DNA from: a virus
Taxonomy: Duplodnaviria > Caudoviricetes
IMG/VR virus record: IMGVR_UViG_3300017903_001647
Location: 1-29,937 of that record
Direction: 5' to 3' (one strand)
DNA length: 29,937 bases
The position numbers and the translations under genes are program-made. The notes beneath the pieces are model-generated. The model did not search any database and was not told the origin of the DNA. It worked only from the letters and a program-made list of their open reading frames with translations. This document shows, piece after piece, positions 1 through 7,123 of this stretch. Position 1 is the stretch's first letter; each line of letters opens with the position of its first letter.

Positions 1-96
1 ACGAGGTTATAAGCTAGTATGGAAACTAGAGGATGGCACAACTATACCAAAAACTCACAAAGCGTTGAGAGAACACTTAGCGAAAGGGAGTGCAGC

Positions 97-288
97 ATGC
101 CTGAACTAGTAGTAAAACTACCACAAGCAGAGTATCAAACCTTTCTAAAGAAAGTAGCAAAACTACGAAAAGCAGGTATTGATGTTCAATATGAAGTATC
201 TCAAGCAAAGAAAAGAGTAGTAAAACTAACTATGCTAACAGAAGTCGAACCTGATAAGTGGGACGCGATTTGTGATGGAGTAAGCTAA
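97..288 (+). CDS. hypothetical phage protein
   Basis: ORF track 19..288. The ATG at 97, preceded by GGGAG, is the more likely start. The stop overlaps the next ATG (TAATG). Confidence 0.6.
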   Translation: MPELVVKLPQAEYQTFLKKVAKLRKAGIDVQYEVSQAKKRVVKLTMLTEVEPDKWDAICDGVS

Positions 289-371
289 TGGACTGGACTA
301 TAATACTGTTAGTAGCAATGTTTCTTTTATATATGTATTTTAATGATAACGACAGAGGTGGTTATCAATGA
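288..371 (+). CDS. small membrane peptide (27 aa, MDWTIILLVAMFLLYMYFNDNDRGGYQ)
   Basis: Read by hand. TAATG coupling upstream, ATGA coupling downstream, GGAG upstream, one hydrophobic segment. Confidence 0.55.
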   Translation: MDWTIILLVAMFLLYMYFNDNDRGGYQ

Positions 372-613
372 AGGATAATGTAATTCAGTTTCCTTTGAAA
401 GCAAAACTTAGAGTAGGTAAAAAATACAGACAAGAAGAAATTACTAGAATTAATGATATGCTTCGTTTATGTGACGAAGATATGAAAACAATACTTGAGC
501 AGATAGACCAATTGCAGGTAGAACTAGCTGGTTTAACTGCCGAGTATGAAGCACTAACCTCAAGGTTAGTAGATTTATTAAAGATTGAAGGAGAAAATAG
601 TGGAAAAGATTAA
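368..613 (+). CDS. hypothetical coiled-coil protein
   Basis: GAGG upstream, N-terminal 'NVIQFP' motif common in phage proteins, heptad-like C-terminus. Confidence 0.65.
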   Translation: MKDNVIQFPLKAKLRVGKKYRQEEITRINDMLRLCDEDMKTILEQIDQLQVELAGLTAEYEALTSRLVDLLKIEGENSGKD

Positions 614-1031
614 TGAATATGCAAAATTTGTAGACCACTGCACAAGTGAGAGCAGTAAAAATACTCATTTTTTAAGCCAAAGGCTAGATAATTTATGTGG
701 CACGACAGGACATAAAGGAGAGCATAGATGGGAAGAAATGCAAGTAGCAAGACTATTGACTGCTGTTATCGGAATGATGGCAGAGAGTGGTGAGTTTGCA
801 GAAGTAGTAAAGAAAAAAGTGTTTCAAGCAGACACACAGTTCTCAGATGATGAGATTTTTCATATGAAAAGAGAACTAGGCGATGTATTATGGTATTGGG
901 TGCAAGGGTGTATCGCACTTGGATTTACACCAGAAGAAGTAATGCAAGAGAATATAAATAAATTAGAGAAGCGATATCCTAATGGCTTTGAAGTTGTTAG
1001 GTCTGAAGTGCGAGAGCAAGGAGATATATAA
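585..1031 (+). CDS. MazG-like nucleoside triphosphate pyrophosphohydrolase
   Basis: ESGEFAEVVKK...ELGDVLWY...NINKLEKRYPNGF matches the MazG/all-alpha NTP-PPase pattern. The start may be the GTG at 600 after GAAGGAG. Confidence 0.85.
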   Translation: MKEKIVEKINEYAKFVDHCTSESSKNTHFLSQRLDNLCGTTGHKGEHRWEEMQVARLLTAVIGMMAESGEFAEVVKKKVFQADTQFSDDEIFHMKRELGDVLWYWVQGCIALGFTPEEVMQENINKLEKRYPNGFEVVRSEVREQGDI

Positions 1032-1675
1032 TGGCAAATCATGTTTATTTTAATATACAGATTGAAGGATTAAGTGAAGAACAGCATAACTGTCTGTTCA
1101 AAAGTGAGAGAAGCACTAGACCTCATTGGGACGAAGGTCAGCCGCCTATTGAATATCATGAACTAGTAGAAATTCATGAGCAACCTTTCATGAGCAATGT
1201 ACCTAGAGAGTATGATGAAGAAGGTTGGTTAAAGGACTCGTATCAGTGGTATTGTGATAATTGTGGTGCTAAGTGGGTAAACATTGAAGAGTGGGAAGAT
1301 GGATATTTGTCTGGACATAGTGCATGGTCTATGCCTACAGCAATGGTAGAGAATATGCTTACTTATGCAAGTGCTAAGTTCAATACTGTACTAAATGCGA
1401 CAATGACTTATGAAGATGAGTTTAGAAACTTCATAGGCAGAGATGATTTTGAAACATACTTCAATGATGGAGAATGGGACTGTTCAACTAGTGAAGATTA
1501 TATTGATGGCAATGAGCTCACAGCAATGGTGGAGAATAAGTTTGATTGTGATTGTGGCGACAATGACTTTGAATGGTTTGATGAGTATAAAGATACTGGA
1601 ATAGTACCACAAGAGTGGATAGATGAAGTAGTCTATAACTACTTTGAAACAGGAGAACTCAATGACACAGTATAG
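1031..1675 (+). CDS. acidic hypothetical protein (resembles DUF1281/Api92-like ferredoxin-fold phage proteins)
   Basis: AGGAG SD. MANHV start, YQWYCDNCGAKW and SAWSMP motifs recall that family. Confidence 0.55.
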   Translation: MANHVYFNIQIEGLSEEQHNCLFKSERSTRPHWDEGQPPIEYHELVEIHEQPFMSNVPREYDEEGWLKDSYQWYCDNCGAKWVNIEEWEDGYLSGHSAWSMPTAMVENMLTYASAKFNTVLNATMTYEDEFRNFIGRDDFETYFNDGEWDCSTSEDYIDGNELTAMVENKFDCDCGDNDFEWFDEYKDTGIVPQEWIDEVVYNYFETGELNDTV

Positions 1676-1994
1676 AGATGAAGTAGAAAGACAACTTAAA
1701 TTAATCAAAGCAGAAGAGTGGGCTAAAGAAGTTAAACACCTTCACATGCATAGATTAACAACTATGTGGTATGAAACACGACCTGAAGATATGAAAAATG
1801 GTAATGTAATTGATAGAACTTACAATGATGGCTCTATAGAAAGAACATTACCAAATGGTGCTATTGTATTTATGAACCACGAAAAGCTAAAAGGAGACGC
1901 TTTGATAGACGCATGGGAAAGAGAAGTAGGTGCGTGTGTCTGTGGAGAAGTTGATTGTGAAGATGAGTACACGCACACAACACACGGGTATTAA
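1662..1994 (+). CDS. hypothetical protein with C-terminal Cys/His cluster (CVCGEVDC...YTHTTHGY)
   Basis: ORF track 1644..1994. The ATG at 1662 follows AGGAGA. Confidence 0.65.
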   Translation: MTQYRDEVERQLKLIKAEEWAKEVKHLHMHRLTTMWYETRPEDMKNGNVIDRTYNDGSIERTLPNGAIVFMNHEKLKGDALIDAWEREVGACVCGEVDCEDEYTHTTHGY

Positions 1995-1995
1995 A

Positions 1996-2190
1996 ATGAA
2001 GATTAATACTACATTTATTGAAACCGAATACGAAGAATTAGTGGGTTTAGGTTATTCGCATACTGAAGCCCTCAATTCTGTAGCAAGAGAATGGAATATG
2101 ACAGCTGAAGAAGTTAGTAATATAATTATACCATTTCTAAAGAAGATGAACGATATTGATTACACAGGCGATTTAGGAGATATAATATGA
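1996..2190 (+). CDS. hypothetical protein
   Basis: ORF track 1930..2190. The ATG at 1996 lies just after the upstream stop, and the end is ATGA-coupled to the next gene. Confidence 0.6.
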   Translation: MKINTTFIETEYEELVGLGYSHTEALNSVAREWNMTAEEVSNIIIPFLKKMNDIDYTGDLGDII

Positions 2191-2495
2191 GTGTAAACTA
2201 TACGCAAGAGCAAGTAGACCTTATGATAGAAGCCTATACTAAAAGTCCAAGCCGCGAAACAGTAGAAAACCTAGCTGAAGATTTGGATAAAAGTATAAAA
2301 TCTATAATTGGAAAACTCAGTAGAGAGGGTGTCTACAAAAAGACTGTCTACAAAACTAAAACAGGCGAAGACCCTGAAACTAAAAAAGAAATTGTGCTAA
2401 AATTAGCAGAAAAATTAGATATAGATTATCAAGCAGTAGCGGGGTTGGAGAAAGCTCCCAAGTCTGCCCTTAAAATACTAAGGGAGGCAATATGA
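2187..2495 (+). CDS. HTH DNA-binding protein, D3/D5-like
   Basis: AGGAG SD. NYTQEQVDLM...VENLAEDLDKSIKSIIGKLSREGVYKK resembles the D3/D5 repeats in this window. Confidence 0.6.
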   Translation: MSVNYTQEQVDLMIEAYTKSPSRETVENLAEDLDKSIKSIIGKLSREGVYKKTVYKTKTGEDPETKKEIVLKLAEKLDIDYQAVAGLEKAPKSALKILREAI

Positions 2496-2701
2496 CAGCT
2501 TGGGCAAATAGAATAGTGGAACTACTTCCGAACACTACAAAAACAAGAGAAGTTATCGAAAATCGAGGTAAATACTACTATGTAGAGAAAGAACCTCGTA
2601 TCAATCCTACACACGGAATGATTATAACACTGAGAGATGAAGATGGTTATCGATTCTCTACGAGTGTGAAAAACATTCGTGTGCCTCAACCTGTGGACTG
2701 A
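2492..2701 (+). CDS. hypothetical protein
   Basis: GGGAGG SD, ATGA overlap with the upstream gene. Confidence 0.65.
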   Translation: MTAWANRIVELLPNTTKTREVIENRGKYYYVEKEPRINPTHGMIITLRDEDGYRFSTSVKNIRVPQPVD

Positions 2702-2737
2702 GCGGGGTTTCTTACTTCGCTGAGTCTACACGGCTCA
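2701..2737 (+). terminator. two tandem hairpins after the last + strand gene (possible terminator)
   Basis: AGCGGGG/CTTCGCT and TGAGTC/GGCTCA stems. G-U pairs favour + strand RNA. No strong U-tract. Confidence 0.4.
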
Positions 2738-2912
2738 TATATAACTAGGAATAATTTGCATATAGGCGTATTAATTTGCGTTAAATTGATGTATGAATTT
2801 GTAATTTATAGTTGAAAAATAACGAACGAATTGGGCGTAATTGTAGTAAATTGGTTTTTAGTGTTGAAATTATGAAGAAGTAAATGTGAATCTCTTTACT
2901 TTTCATGAGTGA

Positions 2913-3081
2913 TGATATAATAGAATAATTATATCAGTAACTCTCTCGCTAAATCGTTCAATTCACAAGGTGAGCTCTTTCGCTTACGCTACATAGCTCT
3001 CTTTGTAATGTGAATACACGATAAGCGAGATTCACGAGAAGAGTGATTGTTTTTATGATTTTCTTAATTATCATTTTTTAT
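2913..3081 (-). ncRNA. putative structured non-coding RNA (long interrupted hairpin with GUAA tetraloop)
   Basis: Nested inverted repeats 2944-2950/3024-3030, 2953-2957/3018-3022, 2961-2967/3009-3015 and 2972-2976/2995-2999. Directly downstream of a minus-strand promoter. Confidence 0.4.
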
Positions 3082-3087
3082 GATATT

Positions 3088-3116
3088 ATTATACCATAAC
3101 TTTATCAAAAATGCAA
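3088..3116 (-). promoter_or_regulatory. sigma70-type promoter (TTGCAT-17-TATAAT)
   Basis: Reverse complement reads AAAAACAGTTC TTGCAT N17 TATAAT, with the same upstream motif as the other promoters. Confidence 0.7.
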
Positions 3117-3211
3117 GAACTGTTTTTCTCAGGGGTATGATTTTTGGGATAGGTGTAAGTCGAGTTGATGATAAAATATTTTATTTTTGTAATTTGGAAA
3201 GTAAAAAATCT

Positions 3212-3445
3212 TTAAGTTCTGCGCTTTTGGTTCAACTTATAGTCTTTCCAGTAAGCAATTTCCTTTGCTCTTTCGCGGTCTTTTCTTCTTTTTGCTTGTG
3301 AGAGTTTTCTTCTTCTCATTGCGTTTGGTTTCTCGTAGAATTCTTTTTTGCGAACATCGTCTTTGATTCCAGCGTTATCACATTTCTTGCGAAAGATACG
3401 AAGAGCTTTTTCAAAGGACATATTCTTAGTTGTAATACTAGGCAT
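3212..3445 (-). CDS. rpsU: ribosomal protein bS21
   Basis: FEKALRIFRKKCDNAGIKDDVRKKEFYEKP...RRRK is the bS21 signature. AAGGAG SD on the minus strand. Confidence 0.93.
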   Translation of the reverse strand: MPSITTKNMSFEKALRIFRKKCDNAGIKDDVRKKEFYEKPNAMRRRKLSQAKRRKDRERAKEIAYWKDYKLNQKRRT

Positions 3446-3620
3446 TTAACTCCTTATCTCGCACACGATTAAATGTCCACCCACGCTTTCGTAGGTAGTC
3501 AATTTGTGAACGAATAGAAGTTGCTGTTCTTCCAAGTTGTGAAACTATAATACTCATAGGAAGAGAGTTATAATTCTTTTTTAAATACTGTCGTTCTGTG
3601 TCTGTCCATCTTTTATTCAT
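3438..3620 (-). CDS. small Myb/SANT-like HTH protein
   Basis: RWTDTERQYLKKNY...IVSQLGRTATSIRSQIDYLRKRG. The ATG is 6 nt downstream of a -10 box. Confidence 0.75.
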   Translation of the reverse strand: MNKRWTDTERQYLKKNYNSLPMSIIVSQLGRTATSIRSQIDYLRKRGWTFNRVRDKELNA

Positions 3621-3626
3621 TTATAT

Positions 3627-3655
3627 ATTATACAAAATTTGAGAGCAAAAGTCAA
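3627..3655 (-). promoter_or_regulatory. sigma70-type promoter (TTGACT-17-TATAAT), leaderless start at 3620
   Basis: Reverse complement reads AAAAATAGTTC TTGACT N17 TATAAT ATATAA ATG. Confidence 0.85.
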
Positions 3656-3686
3656 GAACTATTTTTGACAGAGTTGAAAAAATATC

Positions 3687-3715
3687 TTGACTTTTGGTAG
3701 TTGATTTGTTATAAT
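3687..3715 (+). promoter_or_regulatory. sigma70-type promoter (TTGACT-17-TATAAT), divergent from the previous one
   Basis: -35 at 3687-3692, -10 at 3710-3715, ATG at 3722. Confidence 0.85.
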
Positions 3716-3721
3716 ATACAA

Positions 3722-3871
3722 ATGGAAAATTTTATAACAAACATCGACTTAGCCTATCTTTTAATATTAATAGGAGCTTGTTATGGCTTCTATAATCTTG
3801 GTAAAAAAGATGGTATAGGAATAACGCTAGATTATATGAAAGAACAGGGCAAGATAGATTTCGAAGAATAG
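3722..3871 (+). CDS. small single-TM membrane protein (49 aa)
   Basis: Read by hand: MENFITNIDLAYLLILIGACYGFYNLGKKDGIGITLDYMKEQGKIDFEE. Fills the gap between two promoters. Confidence 0.7.
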   Translation: MENFITNIDLAYLLILIGACYGFYNLGKKDGIGITLDYMKEQGKIDFEE

Positions 3872-3882
3872 AAAAATAATTC

Positions 3883-3911
3883 TTGACATTTACCTTAATT
3901 TTTAGTATAAT
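3883..3911 (+). promoter_or_regulatory. consensus sigma70 promoter of hsp20
   Basis: TTGACA 3883-3888, 17 nt spacer, TATAAT 3906-3911. Confidence 0.88.
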
Positions 3912-3919
3912 ATAGTTAT

Positions 3920-3997
3920 GTAAGTGAAGTGGTTTCGCTTACAAATTAATACGCTAGACCGAAAGGCTAGCCTAAAGATACCGAAAGGATTAAGGAG
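3920..3997 (+). promoter_or_regulatory. structured 5' UTR of hsp20 (three hairpins, the last covering the SD)
   Basis: GTAAGTGAA/TTCGCTTAC stem, then ACCGAAAGG twice (3958-3966 and 3980-3988), AAGGAG at 3992-3997. Confidence 0.6.
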
Positions 3998-4003
3998 ATT
4001 ATT

Positions 4004-4399
4004 ATGAGTATTGATTTAAGTAAATTTTGGCTTGGTTTAGATATGCCTAGTATGCCGTCTTATACGGAAACTAGCTATCCAAGATATAATGTAATTGAAA
4101 GTAAAGGCAACTATCGTATTGAAGTCGCAGTGCCAGGCTGGAAGAGGGAAGAACTGGAGTTAATCGCTGATGGCGAAGAACTTCATATCGCAGGGAAAAA
4201 GGAACAAAAACTGGAGATGAACGAAAAGTTTGTTCATCAAGGGTTAAGTTTAAAATCTTTTGAACGAAGATTTATTCTAAATCCAGACTTACAAGTAGAC
4301 AAAGTTAATCTACAAGACGGATTACTAACAATCACTCTGTCTAGAACTCCTAACTCCAAAAGGAAAATATTGGAGATAAATAGTGGAGACATTAATTAA
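4004..4399 (+). CDS. small heat shock protein Hsp20 (IbpA-like)
   Basis: YPRYNVI...YRIEVAVPGW...HQGLSLKSFERRFIL...LQDGLLTITL alpha-crystallin motifs. Confidence 0.93.
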   Translation: MSIDLSKFWLGLDMPSMPSYTETSYPRYNVIESKGNYRIEVAVPGWKREELELIADGEELHIAGKKEQKLEMNEKFVHQGLSLKSFERRFILNPDLQVDKVNLQDGLLTITLSRTPNSKRKILEINSGDIN

Positions 4400-4511
4400 G
4401 CTAGGACAGGGTATATGCAAAGATGGTTCATTATGTGAAGTAGTTACTGGAACTATAGTGGTAACACTAGGTTTAGGAACTGTAGCTCATTCATTGTTTG
4501 CGTTATCGTAA
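4383..4511 (+). CDS. small membrane peptide (42 aa)
   Basis: GTG start after GGAG, hydrophobic C-terminal half, ends just before a terminator. Confidence 0.45.
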   Translation: METLIKLGQGICKDGSLCEVVTGTIVVTLGLGTVAHSLFALS

Positions 4512-4525
4512 CTGTCAATTATTGT

Positions 4526-4555
4526 AAGTGCCTCATTTCGAGGCACTTCTTTTTT
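4526..4555 (+). terminator. Rho-independent terminator
   Basis: AAGTGCCTC-ATTTC-GAGGCACTT followed by CTTTTTT. Confidence 0.85.
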
Positions 4556-4567
4556 AGGAGAAAAATA

Positions 4568-5011
4568 TTGAATATAAGCGAAGAGGGTATAGCCCTTATT
4601 AAAAAATTTGAAGGATGTGAGCTAGAAGCTTATAAGTGTTCAGCAGGAGTTTGGACAATAGGATATGGACACACTAAAGATGTCGTAGAAGGCATGACAA
4701 TAACACAAGAGCAAGCTGAAGAAATGTTAGTTGAAGAACTTCATGAGTATGAAAAGTATGTCAACGAAAGTGTTACAGTTGCTCTATCACAAAACCAGTT
4801 TGATGCCCTAGTATCTTGGGTATATAATCTCGGCCCCGCAAATCTAAAAGCATCTACTATGCTAAAAGTATTAAATTCAGGCAAGTATGAAGATGTACCA
4901 GCACAAATTAAAAGATGGAATAAAGCAGGCGGAAAAGTTCTAGAAGGTCTAGTTCGAAGAAGAGCTGCAGAGGCTTGCCTATTTAGTGGCAAGGAATGGA
5001 TTGAAATTTAA
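4568..5011 (+). CDS. endolysin, GH24 phage lysozyme
   Basis: IKKFEGCELEAYKCSAGVWTIGYGHT...QFDALVSWVYNLG...GLVRRRAAE. TTG start after AGGAG. Confidence 0.95.
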   Translation: MNISEEGIALIKKFEGCELEAYKCSAGVWTIGYGHTKDVVEGMTITQEQAEEMLVEELHEYEKYVNESVTVALSQNQFDALVSWVYNLGPANLKASTMLKVLNSGKYEDVPAQIKRWNKAGGKVLEGLVRRRAAEACLFSGKEWIEI

Positions 5012-5186
5012 AATTCCTCAAAATTTAATGTTATTAGTTCAGGCACATGCTGAACAGAGAGGTATAACTGTCGAAGAATATTTAGAAGAATTTATAGGAC
5101 TATTAAATGAACACAAAGCTAAAGGAAATATGGAATTGGATAGCGAGTCTATTCAGAACGCACTACAAACTTACAGTAAGTTATAA
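4986..5186 (+). CDS. possible ribbon-helix-helix (CopG-like) protein
   Basis: KFKIPQNLMLLVQAHAEQRGITVEEYLEEFI fits a strand-helix-G-helix pattern. The start is uncertain (possibly TTG at 5001). Confidence 0.4.
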   Translation: MARNGLKFKIPQNLMLLVQAHAEQRGITVEEYLEEFIGLLNEHKAKGNMELDSESIQNALQTYSKL

Positions 5187-5337
5187 CTCTACTTATGGCG
5201 ATGCGGACGACCAGTCTTATATTGTAAAAAAGTTTTATAGTAAAAAAGAAAAGTTTTTATCTTTTAAAACTGAAAATGGAGAGATAGTAGAGATAAGAGG
5301 TGCAGAAGGTCTTAACTACAAAATAGAGGAATTATAA
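5107..5337 (+). CDS. hypothetical protein
   Basis: AGGA upstream, TAATG coupling to the spanin gene. Confidence 0.7.
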   Translation: MNTKLKEIWNWIASLFRTHYKLTVSYNSTYGDADDQSYIVKKFYSKKEKFLSFKTENGEIVEIRGAEGLNYKIEEL

Positions 5338-5717
5338 TGCAACAATTTTTTATAGCAATAATATTAGTCCTAGGATTAGGATGTTGGTGGCTTTATAGTC
5401 AGAATGAAACTTTAAAAGCAAATAATACAAAACTAGAGTATGCAGTAGAAGAACAAAAACGAACTATTGAAACAATAAAAGAGCAGTATGAAAAACAAGG
5501 CGCTGCTTTAATGAATATGACAAAAGAAAATGCCTTGATAGAAAAAGAAAAAGCAGAATATTTACAGATATTCTCCAGACATAATTTAGATGTCCTAGCA
5601 TTGAAGAAGCCAGGGCTTATTGAAACCAGAATGAACAATGCAAGTGAAGAAGTAATGGAGGGCATAGAAGATGACACTGAAAAATTATTCAACATTGGCA
5701 ATCCTAGCTCTGACTAG
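5337..5717 (+). CDS. Rz-like inner-membrane spanin
   Basis: N-terminal TM followed by a long coiled coil. Downstream of the endolysin and overlapping a lipoprotein gene. Confidence 0.75.
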   Translation: MQQFFIAIILVLGLGCWWLYSQNETLKANNTKLEYAVEEQKRTIETIKEQYEKQGAALMNMTKENALIEKEKAEYLQIFSRHNLDVLALKKPGLIETRMNNASEEVMEGIEDDTEKLFNIGNPSSD

Positions 5718-6141
5718 TGGTTGTTCTCTACTTCCTACAAAAGAAGTGGAAATTATTAGTAAACCAATTGAGGTTGAAATAATGCAACCTACTTTGCCAC
5801 GACCTGTCGAGCTGACTGCACCGAAGTGGTACGTAGTAAGCGAAACACGTATTACAAATCCTTGTGTAAAAATAGAAGATAAAAGACCTAAGTCTTGCGC
5901 ACCAGAGGATAGAGAAAATCCTGACTGGCCAGAAGGTTATACCTATTACGACAGATTTATTGATGAAATTAAAGAACAAAATAATGGAGATATCTTATTT
6001 GTTGCTACTACTATTGGAGACTATAAAGTAATGGCAGAAGATATGCAAGAATTAAAAAGATATATTAAACAACTCGGAGAAGTTGTAATTTATTATAAGG
6101 AAGTAACTACGAATGATTCAGTGGATAAAGAATCTAATTAG
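5671..6141 (+). CDS. Rz1-like outer-membrane spanin lipoprotein
   Basis: Signal peptide with lipobox LTSG-C, Pro-rich mature region, 47 nt overlap with the i-spanin. Confidence 0.75.
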   Translation: MTLKNYSTLAILALTSGCSLLPTKEVEIISKPIEVEIMQPTLPRPVELTAPKWYVVSETRITNPCVKIEDKRPKSCAPEDRENPDWPEGYTYYDRFIDEIKEQNNGDILFVATTIGDYKVMAEDMQELKRYIKQLGEVVIYYKEVTTNDSVDKESN

Positions 6142-6271
6142 TCTTTGGAAAATGAACAAAGACTCAAAATGGTTCGAAAATAACCCAGCAGCACAAAGCA
6201 GATTCGAAGATTTAGAAGATTGGTGCGAAGAACTAGAAGAAAGGATAATAGAATTAGAAAATGATAGATAG
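6113..6271 (+). CDS. hypothetical protein (52 aa)
   Basis: Read by hand (MIQWIKNLIS...EELEERIIELENDR). AAGGA upstream, fills the gap. Confidence 0.55.
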   Translation: MIQWIKNLISLWKMNKDSKWFENNPAAQSRFEDLEDWCEELEERIIELENDR

Positions 6272-6506
6272 TGATAAATTAATTAAAGTGCTGAAAGAAG
6301 GAATCGTTGAGATACAATTTAGAAGTTTAAAAAGTAATAAAACTCATAGCAGAGAATATACTACACATGATAGTTATATGCCTATGAAGTTTAATCAGTC
6401 TGCAACCTCTGACAAAATAGTTTGTTATGATGTAGAGTTCAAAAAGATAGAGGATATAGAAATTTCTAGTATAGAAAATTATGTACCTCTTCAAAGGCTG
6501 TCTTAG
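6261..6506 (+). CDS. Sm-like/SH3 fold protein (WYL_2/DUF2693-like)
   Basis: LKEGIVEIQFRSLK...YTT...IVCYDVE pattern typical of that family. Confidence 0.55.
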   Translation: MIDSDKLIKVLKEGIVEIQFRSLKSNKTHSREYTTHDSYMPMKFNQSATSDKIVCYDVEFKKIEDIEISSIENYVPLQRLS

Positions 6507-6525
6507 GACAGAATAGGATAGGAAA

Positions 6526-6702
6526 ATGTTAGAATTTTTCGAATGGATAATTAGATGGGTTCAAATCGTGCCTTGGTTAGTAATGGGAGCTTCTTTGATA
6601 GCTGCTGTAACTCCAACACCAATAGATGACGGAATAGTTAAAAAGATGTATAAATGTCTTGACTGGGTCGCTCTAAATGTTGGAAAAGCGAAGGATAAAT
6701 AA
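6526..6702 (+). CDS. small membrane protein, holin candidate (58 aa)
   Basis: Read by hand: TM then ASLIAAVTPTPIDD...LDWVALNVGKAKDK. AGGA SD, TAATG coupling, next to the lysis genes. Confidence 0.7.
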   Translation: MLEFFEWIIRWVQIVPWLVMGASLIAAVTPTPIDDGIVKKMYKCLDWVALNVGKAKDK

Positions 6703-7076
6703 TGGCAGAATCAGTAGATAACAGCAGAAATGAAGTTGAAATTGATTTAGACAAGTATATGGCTCTCATTGAGAAGCTAGATAAGTCTGAGGACACTATC
6801 AAAGAAATGAAGATGGAAGCCGAAGCGGCTAAGAAAAGACTTGCACCACCAAAACGAAAATTTATTGATTTATTTTTAGATGATAATGATGTAAATGAAA
6901 AGTCAATTATAGGATTTATATCCTTTTTTATGTTGATTGTTTTTGCTGGATGTGATTTAGTTACAGCGTTTTGGGGACAAGACCTTGTAATTAGTGATAC
7001 AATTTTTACTTCTTTAGTAGTGATAACCTTAGGAGCATTTGGAATCTCAGAAGCTGGTAAAGCCTTTGGTAAATGA
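6702..7076 (+). CDS. two-TM membrane protein with N-terminal coiled coil (holin/antiholin candidate)
   Basis: Two C-terminal hydrophobic helices, located in the lysis region. Confidence 0.6.
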   Translation: MAESVDNSRNEVEIDLDKYMALIEKLDKSEDTIKEMKMEAEAAKKRLAPPKRKFIDLFLDDNDVNEKSIIGFISFFMLIVFAGCDLVTAFWGQDLVISDTIFTSLVVITLGAFGISEAGKAFGK

Positions 7077-7087
7077 AAAAATAATAC

Positions 7088-7116
7088 TTGACATTTGGTT
7101 AAATTTTTAATATAAT
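7088..7116 (+). promoter_or_regulatory. consensus sigma70 promoter, leaderless start at 7124
   Basis: TTGACA-17-TATAAT, ATG 7 nt after the -10. Confidence 0.88.
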
Positions 7117-7123
7117 ATATATT

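Noticed and set aside
2972-2999. Hammerhead-like core on the minus strand (CUAUGUA-GC-GUAA-GC-GAAA)
   Set aside because: The required CUGANGA is not matched (CUAUGUA), and no stem I/III with an NUH cleavage site could be built.
3080-3301. 73 aa + strand ORF from the track
   Set aside because: Antisense to bS21 and across a minus-strand promoter, with no SD. Likely a shadow ORF.
6556-6575. GGGTTCAAATC resembling a tRNA T-loop
   Set aside because: No pairing T-stem, anticodon arm or acceptor stem. It lies in an ordinary membrane-protein ORF.
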